64,000 nt of DNA from Octopus sinensis (lineage: Eukaryota), in contig NC_043006.1 in NCBI RefSeq assembly GCF_006345805.1, forward strand, positions 30,876,001 through 30,940,000, given 5' to 3'. The notes beneath the pieces were generated by a model. It did not search any database. It was not told the DNA's origin and saw only the letters and a program-made list of their open reading frames with translations. Numbering within the stretch: position 1 is the stretch's first letter; each line of letters opens with the position of its first letter. Positions 63,120 through 64,000 of the stretch are shown piece by piece. The position numbers and the translations under genes were made by a program.

Positions 63120-64000
63120 CTTCCCCCCTCTCTTTTTGTTTTGTCTTTTAAAGGAAATAACTTTTGGCTTCAGGTTACTTTTCTATAACTCTCCTTTTTC
63201 TCTCACTCCCTCTCCCTTTCTCTCCTTCCTCACTCCTTCTGTCTGTCTTATCCTTCCTCCTCCTCCTCCCCCTTCTTTGAATGTCATTTTTCTCCTTATT
63301 TTCTTGTTTCCATTTTGAATATTCTTGCTTTTTTCAATCTTTCTGTCTGCCTGCCTGTCTGTATATCTGTAAACTTCTCTCTCTCTTCACCTCCCTTCTT
63401 TCCCTCTCTGCACATTTGCATGTATCTCCTCTCTTTCATCCTCTCTTAGTGTGTGTGTGTCTTCTCCTCCTCCCACTGTGCCTCACTGCCCACTCTAAGT
63501 TTCACTAATTACTCCACCAAGACCAGTTGCTATGCTGTTGCTACACACTGTTGTTGTTGTTATTATTAAGAAATCAGGTGAGCATTGTCACCATTATTCT
63601 CTTCTTTCCTGTCAGTTTTGTTTTTCTCCATTTTCTATTAAATAATTTCTTTCTTTTTGTTCCCATTTGACTCACTCTGTCACTTTATGGAGAAGACAAC
63701 ATCACAGAAATGTTTCACTGACACAAAATGAAATATCTCCATTACATCATGTTGTCTTTTGTAATTGAGTAAGACGTCCAGCTGGTGGTGGTGGTGGCAG
63801 TGCTGGTCATAAAGGTGATGGTGACAATGGTGGAGGGGTTTGATGGTGGTAGTGGCAGCAGCCGTGGCAGTGGTTTGTATAGATTGAATTTGAAGTAACC
63901 TCCACTATTTCTCACAAGTCATTGCTAGTAACCGTTACAAGGACTAATTTCGCTGATTAGTTTCACTGTGACAATTAGTGGTCGGAGACTGAGGCTGAGC

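Overview
AT-rich eukaryotic genomic DNA, very rich in microsatellites and short interspersed repeats. The repeat repertoire suggests an octopod cephalopod (Octopus-like), which is an inference. No intact protein-coding gene is supported; nearly all listed ORFs are microsatellite or repeat read-throughs, so the window looks like a large intron or intergenic region. It holds dozens of copies of tRNA-headed SINE families, many 5'-truncated RTE LINE ends, an R4/Dong-type LINE fragment split by a young SINE, two mariner transposase relics, TTAA-flanked piggyBac-type MITEs, a Helentron-like element, and degenerate Tx1-like and BEL/Pao-like relics. The most interesting signal is a set of short Penelope-style elements, often fold-back, carrying minimal hammerhead-ribozyme-like cores. 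One family (46018-46486, 56521-56808) joins a Pol III tRNA-like head to such a core, with target-site duplications. A repeat-poor island near 14.8-16.1 kb has YY1-like motifs and a candidate 12-nt microexon. Coordinates of degenerate repeats are approximate and were read by eye.
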